Shown piece after piece: positions 51,399 through 60,968 of a DNA stretch of 64,000 nucleotides. The notes under the pieces are model-generated. The model was not told the origin of the DNA. It ran no database searches and saw only the letters and a list, made by a program, of their open reading frames with translations. The stretch is from Candidatus Aenigmatarchaeota archaeon (GTDB taxonomy: Archaea > Aenigmatarchaeota > Aenigmatarchaeia > QMZP01): positions 12,708 to 76,707 of the forward strand of contig JAVZYR010000001.1 in the NCBI GenBank assembly GCA_038999435.1, read 5' to 3'. Position numbers and translations under genes: made by a program. How positions within the stretch are numbered: the stretch's first letter is position 1; each line of letters starts with the position of its first letter.

Positions 51399-51842
51399 AT
51401 GCACAAAACAGTAGCAATACTTATAGAAAAAAACGGAAAAGTACTTTTGGCAAAAAGGGCAAACAAGACATGGCATGGCTTTTGGTGTGTGCCTGGTGGT
51501 CATGTTGAGGAAGGAGAAAGTATACATGAGGCTGCATTGAGAGAGGCACAGGAAGAAGTTGGCAGTGTTATAATTGAACCAAAGCCATTTATGATTTTTG
51601 TGCATAGTTTGCCTGCTGGCGAGCGTAGAAATCCAGGTCCACACAAACACACATGTCATGTTTTTAAGGGTGTTGTTGAAAAAGTTAGAGCAGGTGGAGA
51701 TGTTGCTGAAGTAAAATGGTTTAAAATACAACAAATAAAAAAGTTAAAACTGACCTCATACACTAAAAAAATTTTAAATATACTTCAGCAAAGACAAAAA
51801 TATTTAAATACTAAAATCCCTTTAATTAAACAATTAAAATAG
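51399..51842 (+). CDS. NUDIX hydrolase.
   Basis: Nudix box GGHVEEGESIHEAALREAQEEVG. Confidence 0.8.
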   Translation: MHKTVAILIEKNGKVLLAKRANKTWHGFWCVPGGHVEEGESIHEAALREAQEEVGSVIIEPKPFMIFVHSLPAGERRNPGPHKHTCHVFKGVVEKVRAGGDVAEVKWFKIQQIKKLKLTSYTKKILNILQQRQKYLNTKIPLIKQLK

Positions 51843-51851
51843 GAGGATGAA

Positions 51852-51908
51852 ATGATTTGGTTCGACGACGAAGAGGAATGGGAAGAAGAGGAAGAAGAGG
51901 AGTGGTAA
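51852..51908 (+). CDS. Micro-ORF encoding an 18-aa acidic Trp-containing peptide (MIWFDDEEEWEEEEEEEW).
   Basis: Perfect SD AGGAGG 5 nt upstream of ATG, overlapping the NUDIX stop; not in the ORF track because of its size. Confidence 0.3.
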   Translation: MIWFDDEEEWEEEEEEEW

Positions 51909-51917
51909 ACAAATTTT

Positions 51918-52298
51918 TTATTTTATAATTTTTCTGCTCGAATAGTTTCCATACTTTCTAATTCTAACAATTCTAACATTTTTTAATTTTTTTAGCCCAG
52001 GCCCTATTTTTTGGTCATATCCAATAGCTATAATATCAGGTTTGAATTTTTTTACAAATTTTTCTTCATTTTTTGGCCAAGCACCTATCACAACCTTATC
52101 AACAAATTTCAATGAGCTTAAAAGCCTTTTGCGTTCTGAAGCAGGAGAAAAAAGCTTTCCATTTTTTCTTGCTGTTTTGTCATTTGCAAGCACAACAATA
52201 AGTTCATCACCAAGCATTTTTGCCTTTTTAAGGAAAAATATATGTCCAGGATGCAACACATTGAATGTTCCACCTACAAGAACCCTTTTCTTTTTCAT
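51918..52298 (-). CDS. Cytidylyltransferase-fold nucleotidyltransferase (RibL/FAD synthase or PPAT-like).
   Basis: GGTFNVLHPGH (HxGH motif) near the N-terminus. Confidence 0.65.
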   Translation of the reverse strand: MKKKRVLVGGTFNVLHPGHIFFLKKAKMLGDELIVVLANDKTARKNGKLFSPASERKRLLSSLKFVDKVVIGAWPKNEEKFVKKFKPDIIAIGYDQKIGPGLKKLKNVRIVRIRKYGNYSSRKIIK

Positions 52299-52660
52299 TC
52301 CTGTCTTATTATTATCTGTGGCTTTCCACCAACTGTTCCATTGTTTTCAATAATAATTCGATGATATCCTCTTTCAAGCAATAAAAATCCTTCTATGTCG
52401 ATGTTGTCATAATGGGCCAAGAGTTTTAAAGGATGCGTAACACCAAGACCAAATGCAAAAGAGGGGCTTATGTAGCGCAAAAATTTCCCTGCTGTTATCA
52501 AAGGCATTCTATTGGCTATTGTCTGCTGATCGCCTTTGCTAAAGATGAGAAATGCCCTCGCACCTTCAATACCTTGGCTCAATTTAAATATAAATTCAGG
52601 TTCTGCATCTGCAATTGGCAAAAAAACAAGCATCGCTACAATTACATAAACCCATTTCAT
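52295..52660 (-). CDS. Small secreted protein, hypothetical.
   Basis: Signal peptide MKWVYVIVAMLVFLPIADA; 4-nt overlap with the downstream gene. Confidence 0.45.
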   Translation of the reverse strand: MKWVYVIVAMLVFLPIADAEPEFIFKLSQGIEGARAFLIFSKGDQQTIANRMPLITAGKFLRYISPSFAFGLGVTHPLKLLAHYDNIDIEGFLLLERGYHRIIIENNGTVGGKPQIIIRQE

Positions 52661-52744
52661 ATTAAATTTAGGTTTATCTTCCTTAAAACCATAAAGCTTT
52701 TAAATACCCTGTTCTAAATAGCATTATAAAGCTAAGGAGTTGTT

Positions 52745-54019
52745 ATGGCAGAAAAGCCTCACATTAACATTATAACATCAGGACATGTAGACCATGGCAA
52801 ATCAACATTAATCGGAAGATTACTTTTTGATTCAGGTGCTATTTCTGAGCAAGAATTGAGAAAGCTTAAAGAGATTGCAAAAGAGGTTAAGAAGGAAACA
52901 TTCGAGTTTGCCTTCGTGATGGACCAACTGAAAGAGGAGAGGCTTAGAGGTCTTACAATAGACCTGATGTACAGGTCATTCACAACCGACAAATATTATT
53001 TCACACTCATTGATTGTCCAGGTCATAGGGATTTTGTCAAGAATATGATTACAGGCGCATCGCAGGCAGATGCTGCAATACTCGTTGTATCTGCAAAAGA
53101 TGGGATACAAGAGCAAACAAGGGAGCATGTATATCTCTGCAAGGTTCTTGGTATAAAGCAGATTGTATGTGTAATAAACAAGATGGATGCAGTAAATTAC
53201 GATGAGAAAAAATTCAATGAAGTCAAAGCAGATGTATCAAAGCTTTTGCAAGGAGTTGGTTATGATGTTTCTAAGATACCATTCGTGCCTGTCTCTGCAT
53301 ATGTTGGAGATAATGTTGTAAAGAAATCAGATAAGATGCCATGGTATAAGGGTCCTGTTTTCATAAAGGCATTGGATGAAGCAATCGTTCCGCCTGAAAA
53401 GCCAGTAGACAAGCCATTGAGAATCCCAATACAAGATGTCTATTCAATAACAGGCGTTGGTACAGTGCCTGTTGGTCGGGTTGAATCAGGTGTACTAAAA
53501 CCAGGAGATAAGGTCATATTTATGCCTTCTGGAGCAACAGGGGAAGTGAAATCCATAGAGATGCATCACAAAGCGCTTGAAAAGGCATTGCCAGGTGATA
53601 ATATAGGATTTAATGTTAGAGGCGTTGGAAAGACAGATATAAAGAAAGGTGATGTAGCAGGAAAACCAGAGAATCCACCAACAGTTGCAAAAGAATTTAC
53701 AGCTCAAATAATTGTTCTTCAACACCCAACTGTCATAACACGTGGTTATACACCAGTATTTCATGTTCACACAACACATGTTGCAGGTAAGATTGTTGAC
53801 ATACTTAAGAAAATGGACCCAAAAACAGGTGCTGTTGTTGAAGAAAAGCCAGAAATGCTCAAACCAGGTGATGCAGCAATTATAAAAGTCGAGCCATTAC
53901 AGCCAATTGCAATAGAGAAACAAGCAGATTTCCCAGGTCTTGCAAAATTTGCAGTTAGGGATATGGGCAAGACGATTGCAGCAGGTATTTGTATTGATTT
54001 GGTTCCGCTGAAAAAGTAA
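52745..54019 (+). CDS. tuf: Translation elongation factor 1-alpha.
   Basis: [23 protein letters not shown]-domain motifs. Confidence 0.95.
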   Translation: MAEKPHINIITSGHVDHGKSTLIGRLLFDSGAISEQELRKLKEIAKEVKKETFEFAFVMDQLKEERLRGLTIDLMYRSFTTDKYYFTLIDCPGHRDFVKNMITGASQADAAILVVSAKDGIQEQTREHVYLCKVLGIKQIVCVINKMDAVNYDEKKFNEVKADVSKLLQGVGYDVSKIPFVPVSAYVGDNVVKKSDKMPWYKGPVFIKALDEAIVPPEKPVDKPLRIPIQDVYSITGVGTVPVGRVESGVLKPGDKVIFMPSGATGEVKSIEMHHKALEKALPGDNIGFNVRGVGKTDIKKGDVAGKPENPPTVAKEFTAQIIVLQHPTVITRGYTPVFHVHTTHVAGKIVDILKKMDPKTGAVVEEKPEMLKPGDAAIIKVEPLQPIAIEKQADFPGLAKFAVRDMGKTIAAGICIDLVPLKK

Positions 54020-54052
54020 ATTCTAATTTTCTGAAAGTTTAATTTATTTTTA

Positions 54053-54184
54053 CGCCGGGGCTGGGATTTTCTTTGCACGAAGCGGTAGCTCTAAAGAGCG
54101 GTGATTCGAACCCAGACGGGGCAGAGCCCCACCAGCTTACTGAACTTCTCCAGGCTGGCCCTTTTACCATTCAGGCACCCCGGC
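54053..54184 (-). tRNA. tRNA-Ser (anticodon GGA proposed), 132 nt. It carries a long variable arm, an about 38-nt insertion in the T-arm, and about 10 extra nt in the anticodon loop.
   Basis: Minus strand: acceptor GCCGGGG/CCCCGGC with discriminator G; variable arm GGGGC-TCT-GCCCC; T-arm CTGGG-TTCGAAT-[insert]-CCCAG; anticodon stem CCAGC/GCTGG enclosing 17 nt. Confidence 0.6.
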
Positions 54185-54231
54185 TATATAATTAAATTTA
54201 AGCAAATAGGTTTATTTTTCTACTCTTTTTC

Positions 54232-54378
54232 CTATCTTCTCATTTTTGCAGCACAGCGTGCACAAAGCCCAACTTCAGGCCTGTAACAACCTTGACAAAC
54301 AACTGCACCACAAAAGTTGCATGTATATGGCATTCTAACAACTGCACCACATATGCTGCATACAGCTGACTTTTGCAT
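54232..54378 (-). CDS. Small Cys-rich zinc-ribbon protein (about 48 aa; 4x CxxC).
   Basis: CSICG...CNFCG...CQGC...CARC; start placed at the internal Met. Confidence 0.4.
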   Translation of the reverse strand: MQKSAVCSICGAVVRMPYTCNFCGAVVCQGCYRPEVGLCARCAAKMRR

Positions 54379-54404
54379 TAATAATAATTGGATTAAATAT
54401 AAAA

Positions 54405-55394
54405 ATGAAGAATTTGATACTGTGCCATGCCGATGCTGATGGCATGTGTTCTGGTGCAATTGCTCTTTCAAAATTCCCAGGTTCTGAGATATTTTTCACA
54501 AAGCCGGTATCTCTGCTTGCTGATTTAAAAGATGTACGGGCTGATAGGATTATAATAACAGACATTGCTATCACAAAACGCGATGCTCCAGCCATACTTA
54601 ACATGTTACGAGAAAAAGCAAAGAGCAGTGAAATATGGTATTTTGACCACCACCCATTACCATCTAACATAAATGAAGGTGATATTGCAAAGGTGGTAAA
54701 ATGGTATCATAGGCTTGATGTTTCTTCATCTGAGATTATATATGAAAATTTTAAAACAGAAATACCTCGGGAACGTGTCTGGGTAGCAATATATGGTGCT
54801 ATTTCTGATTACGCAGAGTATACACCATTTATACAAAAGGTGCTGAAAAATTGGGAAAAAAGGGCGCTGTATTTCGAGGTCAGCACCCTTGTGCTCGGAA
54901 CAAAAGTAGAGGAATTTTCAACATATGACATAAAAAGGGATATTGTTAAGTTGCTTGCAAGAGGGGGCAACCCATCTGATTTTTATGGTCTTGTAAATGC
55001 TGCAAAGGCTGCAGTAGGGCTTGAATTTGACCTGTATAATGATGTTAAGGCACAAGCAAAGCAAAATGGGAATGTTGCATGGGTTGAAAATCTTCACACT
55101 TTTGGTTTTAGAGGCGCAGCAGCCCTTTTTTCAGCGACTGTAAAAAATACGCCTGTAGGGCTTTGCGTACATAGCAGAAAGGGCCATCTTGACATAACAG
55201 TCCGAGCAAGGGATCCAAAAATAGACCTAAGAAGGATTATTGAGGATTCTGCAGAAAAGATTGGAGGTTCTGGTGGTGGGCTTTCTGATGCAGCAGGCGC
55301 AAGGATAGCTGAAGGTAGGCTTGATGATTTTATAAACCTAATAAATCAGCATCTTAAAACATATCGTGGAGAAATACCAATATTCGAAGGCTAA
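54405..55394 (+). CDS. DHH-family phosphoesterase (NrnA/RecJ-like).
   Basis: Motifs HADADGMCSGA, ITDIA, and FDHHPLP (DHH). Confidence 0.75.
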   Translation: MKNLILCHADADGMCSGAIALSKFPGSEIFFTKPVSLLADLKDVRADRIIITDIAITKRDAPAILNMLREKAKSSEIWYFDHHPLPSNINEGDIAKVVKWYHRLDVSSSEIIYENFKTEIPRERVWVAIYGAISDYAEYTPFIQKVLKNWEKRALYFEVSTLVLGTKVEEFSTYDIKRDIVKLLARGGNPSDFYGLVNAAKAAVGLEFDLYNDVKAQAKQNGNVAWVENLHTFGFRGAAALFSATVKNTPVGLCVHSRKGHLDITVRARDPKIDLRRIIEDSAEKIGGSGGGLSDAAGARIAEGRLDDFINLINQHLKTYRGEIPIFEG

Positions 55395-55463
55395 TGTCGA
55401 GATTTATTCATAGATTCGATATCAATAACCAAAAGTTTAAAAATCTTAATTTCATCTAAAATT

Positions 55464-55961
55464 ATGGCCAAGAGCAATTCAAATAAAAATTTGCAATTAA
55501 GTTTTTATGAAAAAAGGGCTTCTGGTTTTTCTGACAAAGTTTGTACTATTGATGTAAATCCGAATAACCTTAAGCCATACAGCCTACCATCATGTGAATA
55601 TAATACACAATTTTCGAAGGCTGTTAAAAAAACTGAAAATTTAGGTGAAATAGGGGATGCAATTCCAACAGTATCTTTTACTGCTAGGACCTATGATAAT
55701 TATGAGGATGTAAACTTGTATTGGATTAAGAAAATGGGTTGCTGGGTTGGGATTTCTAAATATATTACAAGAGAACATGACCACAGCGATCCTTTGTCAG
55801 AGGTTCACAATGGACCGTACAGAGTAGAAGGCATTTTAGCCCAAAAATTACTCGAAGCCTATGGCTTAGATGAACAATGTATTGAAAGAGGTATCGATAT
55901 TGCAAAAATATCACCAAAGAAATTAGAGATACTAAGAAAAAAACAGAAACGCTATCGCTAG
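55464..55961 (+). CDS. Hypothetical protein (165 aa).
   Basis: ORF only; no motif recognised. Confidence 0.4.
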   Translation: MAKSNSNKNLQLSFYEKRASGFSDKVCTIDVNPNNLKPYSLPSCEYNTQFSKAVKKTENLGEIGDAIPTVSFTARTYDNYEDVNLYWIKKMGCWVGISKYITREHDHSDPLSEVHNGPYRVEGILAQKLLEAYGLDEQCIERGIDIAKISPKKLEILRKKQKRYR

Positions 55962-57766
55962 CCAATCACAATACCTTTTCCTGATGGAATTTTGTTTGCA
56001 AATTCATCAAGAGGTATGCTTTCTATTGCCTTTTTATCTTCTGGACTCGATTTTATAAGGATGCGGTTCTTTATCTCAGCTGCAAGTTCTTGTGCTGAAA
56101 ATGTACCGGGTTTTATAGTTACAAAATATTTTGTGTATTTTCTAACTGCCATCACAGGTCCTGCAAGCACATTAGGTTCTGGGGCAATTGAAACACCAAT
56201 CGCAAGCTTCACCTCAATATCTCTATACCATATCCTGCTCCCATGCACTGTGAATGCACCTTTTGGCAATCCAGGTTCTTTTGAAAGCTGTTCAGGTTTA
56301 ACTGCAAAAACATCAACAGAGCCAAGACCTTCTGACCATGCCTTTGAGTGTGCAGCAGCAAATTCAGCTGCCTCTTTCATGCTTATTTCTGTTATACCCT
56401 TTTCAGAAGATTTTAGTATAACAAACGCAGCGCCAGGTATGTCGGCATGATATACAAGGTCACCATGTTGTACCCTTTTTGTTATCAGCTCTTCATTCTG
56501 CTTTGCATCCTTTCCAGCAACAACAAGGATACCATCAGATGTCACAAACCATCTGAACTTTTCCCACCATTTCCTTCTAATTTTCAATTTTGGTCTCTCA
56601 ATTTTCTTCTCTTTGATGCTTATTTCTGCTTTTACTGCCCCTTCTGCCTTTTTTCTTGCCTTTTTCGCTTTTTCAAAATATTCAGCAGCTATATGCATTA
56701 TCGGCTTTCTTATATCTATCTCAAGCTCTCTTCCGTCAATTTCAAGAACCACAACACCTTCTTTTTCTCTTATTTCTTTTACAGGTTTTGTTACTTTTGC
56801 TTTTATATCATCCCATGTTAGTCCCTCTTTTCTTTGAGAAAGAATACCTTCTATAGCTGATTTAATTTCATCATAATTGAGATATATCGCCTCTGCTTTT
56901 TTTCTTTCAGCTTCTTCTACAGCCTTCCATTTCTCTATCGCCTTTTCTTTCATTTTTTCTATAACTTCGAGTTTTTCTTTTTTCTTTTCTTCCACTTTTT
57001 CCCATTCTTTTGCAAACAGCCTATCAAGCCCTTCAGACAGGCTTGATAAAAATTCTAATGGCTTTTTGTCTGGCAGAGGAAATGGGCTCACCCTTTCTTC
57101 ATACATGCAAGGCCTTTCAGGCAAGCTATGTAAAAAATCTAATATCCTTTTTGCATTATCAATACTAATTTGTTTATTTGGGTCAATGCCAACAGCTCTG
57201 CATATCACATCAGACCAAAAAGGTCCAAAACCAAATTTTACCGCAAGCGCTGCACCGATGCTTTTTTCCTTTGATGCGATATCAAAAAACAGATATTCAT
57301 CAATTTTAAAAGGATCAGGATGTTCTGGAGGATATTGATACCGCCTTTTTGGTTTTATTTCCCTTGCAGCCCATATGATTGTTTTCAGCGGCATAATGAT
57401 GTTATATAATTTGTCACATAACACAACATTACCACCGCCGAATAGCTCTATAATAAGTATGTTTTCATCTGTGTGTATTTCAAGAACCCTGTCAAAATCA
57501 TGCTGCTTGATATCAACAATCCTTTTTTCCTGAAGATATTTTCTTAAAAGCATGCAAAATGAAGGAGGGCTTTGCGGGGCTTCAAATCTATGATTTGTTA
57601 AAAATGCAACGTTTTTATCAAAATATAACCATCTTTCTCCCAACCCCGGTTTATAGATAATGAATACAAAAGAGCTTTCAAATTGGTATATTCGTTTTAT
57701 GAAGCTTCCAACCAAAGAGCCAAATTCTTTTGCAAGAAATCTCAACTCAAGTGCGCTAATCTCCAT
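55958..57766 (-). CDS. NFACT-family protein (Rqc2/NEMF/FbpA homolog).
   Basis: NFACT-N N-terminus MEISALELRFLAKEFGSLVGSFIKRIYQ, central K/E-rich coiled coil, NFACT-R-like region (HADIPGAAFVIL). Confidence 0.8.
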   Translation of the reverse strand: MEISALELRFLAKEFGSLVGSFIKRIYQFESSFVFIIYKPGLGERWLYFDKNVAFLTNHRFEAPQSPPSFCMLLRKYLQEKRIVDIKQHDFDRVLEIHTDENILIIELFGGGNVVLCDKLYNIIMPLKTIIWAAREIKPKRRYQYPPEHPDPFKIDEYLFFDIASKEKSIGAALAVKFGFGPFWSDVICRAVGIDPNKQISIDNAKRILDFLHSLPERPCMYEERVSPFPLPDKKPLEFLSSLSEGLDRLFAKEWEKVEEKKKEKLEVIEKMKEKAIEKWKAVEEAERKKAEAIYLNYDEIKSAIEGILSQRKEGLTWDDIKAKVTKPVKEIREKEGVVVLEIDGRELEIDIRKPIMHIAAEYFEKAKKARKKAEGAVKAEISIKEKKIERPKLKIRRKWWEKFRWFVTSDGILVVAGKDAKQNEELITKRVQHGDLVYHADIPGAAFVILKSSEKGITEISMKEAAEFAAAHSKAWSEGLGSVDVFAVKPEQLSKEPGLPKGAFTVHGSRIWYRDIEVKLAIGVSIAPEPNVLAGPVMAVRKYTKYFVTIKPGTFSAQELAAEIKNRILIKSSPEDKKAIESIPLDEFANKIPSGKGIVIG

Positions 57767-57797
57767 AAATTATTATTTACAAAATCAAAAATAAAAT

Positions 57798-59111
57798 ATG
57801 TATTCTGCAAAAGTGAAAGTTGCGCTCCGTGGAATAAAGCCAGGGGAATGGGTTCATATAGAAACAAAAGGCGCATCGTACGAAGGCATTCTCATGCCAA
57901 GGCCAGAGACAGGAGATCCAGATTGTATTGTTTTAAAGTTGCAGTCAGGATACAATATAGGACTCAAATTCGAACGTGGAATGAAAATAAAGAAATTGAG
58001 GAAAAGTCCTCCAAAAATTTCAGGTGCAAAGCCTTTGGCATTCAATCCAAAGGCACCTGCAATCTCTTTGATTGCTGTTGGAGGAACAATTGGTTCAAGG
58101 ATTGATTACAGAACAGGAGGCGTACATGCACTCATGAAGCCAGAAGAATTTCTTTTCAATATCCCAGAACTAAAAGACATTGTAAGAATAAAGCGTGTTT
58201 GTAGACCTTTCACAAAAATGTCAGAAGATATGGACCCAAATGATTGGCAGATATTAGCAAAGACAGTTGCAAAAGAGATAAAGGATGTTGAGGGTGTTAT
58301 TATTACACACGGCACAGACACCATGCACTATACATCAGCTGCGCTTTCATTTATGTTGAGAAATCTCTCAAAGCCTGTTGTACTTACTGGTTCGCAAAGG
58401 TCATCAGACAGAGGGAGTTCTGATGCAGGTATGAATATTATATGTTCTGCTTGGATTAGCCGTTCAGACATTGCAGAGGTTGGAATATGCATGCATGAAG
58501 GCATGTCAGATGACTGTTGTATTTTTATACATGGGACAAAGGCAAGAAAGATGCATTCGAGCAGAAGGGATGCATTTAGGTCGATAAATGATGTGCCGAT
58601 TGCAAAGGTTTGGCCTGATGGCAGGATGCAGATTTTAAAAGGATATAAAAAAAGGTCTGATGAAGATGTAATAGCAGATACAAAGTTTGAGCCAAGGGTT
58701 GCTTTGCTAAAGGTATATCCGGGTTCTGACCCAAGCATACTTGAGTTTCTCATATCAAAAGGCTATAAGGGATTTGTAATTGAGGGCACAGGGCTTGGGC
58801 ATGTTCCCACACAGGCAAGGTGTAGTTGGATACCTGCGATAAAAAAGGCGATCAAGGCTGGTATACCTGTTATTGTGACAACACAAACATTGTATGGAAG
58901 GGTCAATCCACATGTCTATACAAATCTTAGGATTCTTTTTTCTGATGCTAAAGCGATACCAGGCGAGGACATGCTTCCTGAAACTGCATATGTTAAGTTA
59001 GGATGGGTTTTAGGCCATACAAAAGATATGGATGAGGTAAGGAAGGCCATGCTACAAAATATTGCAGGAGAGATAAATAACCGAAGTATACCGGAGGCAT
59101 ATCTATGGTAG
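57798..59111 (+). CDS. gatD: Glu-tRNA(Gln) amidotransferase subunit D.
   Basis: Asparaginase-like motifs VGGTIGS and HGTDTMHYTSAA. Confidence 0.9.
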   Translation: MYSAKVKVALRGIKPGEWVHIETKGASYEGILMPRPETGDPDCIVLKLQSGYNIGLKFERGMKIKKLRKSPPKISGAKPLAFNPKAPAISLIAVGGTIGSRIDYRTGGVHALMKPEEFLFNIPELKDIVRIKRVCRPFTKMSEDMDPNDWQILAKTVAKEIKDVEGVIITHGTDTMHYTSAALSFMLRNLSKPVVLTGSQRSSDRGSSDAGMNIICSAWISRSDIAEVGICMHEGMSDDCCIFIHGTKARKMHSSRRDAFRSINDVPIAKVWPDGRMQILKGYKKRSDEDVIADTKFEPRVALLKVYPGSDPSILEFLISKGYKGFVIEGTGLGHVPTQARCSWIPAIKKAIKAGIPVIVTTQTLYGRVNPHVYTNLRILFSDAKAIPGEDMLPETAYVKLGWVLGHTKDMDEVRKAMLQNIAGEINNRSIPEAYLW

Positions 59112-60547
59112 AAATAAAATGTGGTATCGAGATACATCAACAGTTGCTAACTCATAAACTTTTTTGTCCATGCAGTTCAGAAATGGTTGAAAGTGCAGAG
59201 GCTGAGTTTGCAAGAAGGCTAAGGCCTGTACCTGGTGAACTTGGCGATGTCGATGTTGCAGCACAATACGAATTTTTAAGGAACAGGCTCTTCATCTATA
59301 AAACATATCCAAAAGAGAGCTGCCTGGTTGAACTTGATGAAGAACCACCACATGCCATAAATTTTGAAGCTTTGGAAACAGCTATCATGGTCGCCTTGAT
59401 GCTAAAATGCAAAATACCAGATGAGATACATGTTATGAGAAAGATTGTAATTGACGGCTCGGATACAACAGGATTCCAGAGGACAGCACTCGTTGGGATG
59501 GATGGCTGGATAGAAACATCATTTGGAAAGGTTGGGATTACAAATGTCTGTCTCGAGGAAGAATCAGCACAAATATTAGGTAAAGAAGAAGGGGGAAAGA
59601 TTGTTTATGGTTTAAACAGATATGGCATACCACTCATAGAGATAGGCACAAGTGCTGAGATTAAAAACCCTGAACAGGCAAGAGAGGTTGCTGAGAAGAT
59701 TGGTATGATTTTGAGGTCAACGGGAAGGGTGAAAACAGGGCTTGGTACAATAAGACAAGATTTGAACATCTCCATAGATGGTGGTGAAAGGGTTGAGATA
59801 AAAGGTGTGCAATCGCTCAGTGCAATACCAATTGTGCTCGAGCTTGAGGCAAAAAGACAAGAAGCGATCATAAAATCAGGGCAAAAAGTTAAGCCAGAGG
59901 TGAGAAGGGCAAAACCTGATGGCACAACAGAATATCTCAGGCCATTACCTGGCTCAGCGAGGATGTATCCAGAGACAGATTGTCCGCCAATTGTGATAAA
60001 CAGGCAATGGCTTTCTGAAATAGAGCTAAGGCTTCCTGAAATGATTGATGAAAAAGTGAAAAGATATGTAAAGGAATACAAACTAAGTTGGGAGATTGCA
60101 TCACAACTTGTGCATTCTGATATGATTAATCTATTTGAATATCTTGCACAATGGGCAGATCCTCGCCTTGTTGCCTCTGTGCTTACAGGTGTGGTAAAAA
60201 ATCTGAAAAGGGAGGGTATTGCTGTTGAGAGACTTGAGCAAAGGCACTATCAGGTGATATTTGAAGCGGTTAAAGAAGGAAAGATAGCAAAAGAGGCAAT
60301 ACCAGATGTCATTCGCAAGCTTGCGGAAAGGCCTGAAAAGATGGATGAAGTAATAAAAAGTGTATCGGTTTTGGTTGGAGAAGAGGATGTAAGAAATGTT
60401 ATTAAGGATATAATAAAAAGCAAACCAGAGCTAAAATCTATGCCAAATCCATTTCAAGCCTATATGGGCATAATCATGGAAAGATTGAGAGGGAAGGTGC
60501 CAGGTAGTACAATAGCAAAGATATTAAAAGAAGAGCTGGCTTGCTGA
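59105..60547 (+). CDS. gatE: Glu-tRNA(Gln) amidotransferase subunit E (short form lacking the AspRS-like insertion domain).
   Basis: N-terminus aligns with archaeal GatE (IEIHQQL...KLFCPC; RPVPGELGDVDVAA; VIDGSDTTGFQRT; GTIRQDLNIS); overlaps gatD by 7 nt. Confidence 0.8.
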   Translation: MVEIKCGIEIHQQLLTHKLFCPCSSEMVESAEAEFARRLRPVPGELGDVDVAAQYEFLRNRLFIYKTYPKESCLVELDEEPPHAINFEALETAIMVALMLKCKIPDEIHVMRKIVIDGSDTTGFQRTALVGMDGWIETSFGKVGITNVCLEEESAQILGKEEGGKIVYGLNRYGIPLIEIGTSAEIKNPEQAREVAEKIGMILRSTGRVKTGLGTIRQDLNISIDGGERVEIKGVQSLSAIPIVLELEAKRQEAIIKSGQKVKPEVRRAKPDGTTEYLRPLPGSARMYPETDCPPIVINRQWLSEIELRLPEMIDEKVKRYVKEYKLSWEIASQLVHSDMINLFEYLAQWADPRLVASVLTGVVKNLKREGIAVERLEQRHYQVIFEAVKEGKIAKEAIPDVIRKLAERPEKMDEVIKSVSVLVGEEDVRNVIKDIIKSKPELKSMPNPFQAYMGIIMERLRGKVPGSTIAKILKEELAC

Positions 60548-60802
60548 TTTTGTAGGTCTTATTGAGGTAAAGAAAATGTATAAAGTTGCTATATCAACAA
60601 GCACGAATCCTATTATCATTGCAATGCCTTCGACAAATCTGCTTCCTGTTGCTAAGCATTCCTTCCCAAAAACAAAAGAAATACCAGGGCTACTATGAGC
60701 CAAGCAAAGGATGTGTGGTTTGATTGCCGAATCATAGATAAATAGCATAAAGAATACTGAAATGAAAACAATTGCCATTGTACATACAAGCACTATTTTC
60801 AT
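60524..60802 (-). CDS. Small membrane protein, hypothetical.
   Basis: ORF with hydrophobic helices; low support. Confidence 0.25.
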   Translation of the reverse strand: MKIVLVCTMAIVFISVFFMLFIYDSAIKPHILCLAHSSPGISFVFGKECLATGSRFVEGIAMIIGFVLVDIATLYIFFTSIRPTKSASQLFF

Positions 60803-60814
60803 TTTATCAAATCA

Positions 60815-60935
60815 TAGCCCCGGGCGGATTCGAATTCGGCAAGGGATACACCTTTCCGCCGTCTGTGGGTCCAGAGCCCACTATGCTTGACCAATATGTG
60901 CTTGCAATTTGTTGCAAGCTCTACACCACGGGGCT
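60815..60935 (-). tRNA. tRNA-Gln (CTG), 121 nt, with a 27-nt D-loop insertion and a 21-nt T-arm insertion.
   Basis: After removing AGCTTGCAACAAATTGCAAGCACATAT and AAAGGTGTATCCCTTGCCGAA, the 73-nt product AGCCCCGTGGTGTAGTGGTCAAGCATAGTGGGCTCTGGACCCACAGACGGCGGTTCGAATCCGCCCGGGGCTA closely matches archaeal tRNA-Gln. Confidence 0.75.
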
Positions 60936-60968
60936 ATATAATAAATTTAAAGAGAAGAAAAATAAAAT

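Noticed and set aside
53767-54286. ORFs 53767..54078 (-) and 54101..54286 (+) flanking or overlapping the tuf-tRNA region
   Set aside because: They overlap the well-supported tuf gene in antisense or overlap the tRNA-Ser; no SD; treated as artifacts.
56447-57338. Plus-strand ORFs inside the NFACT gene
   Set aside because: Antisense to the K/E-rich coiled-coil coding region, which gives long F/S/L-rich shadow frames.
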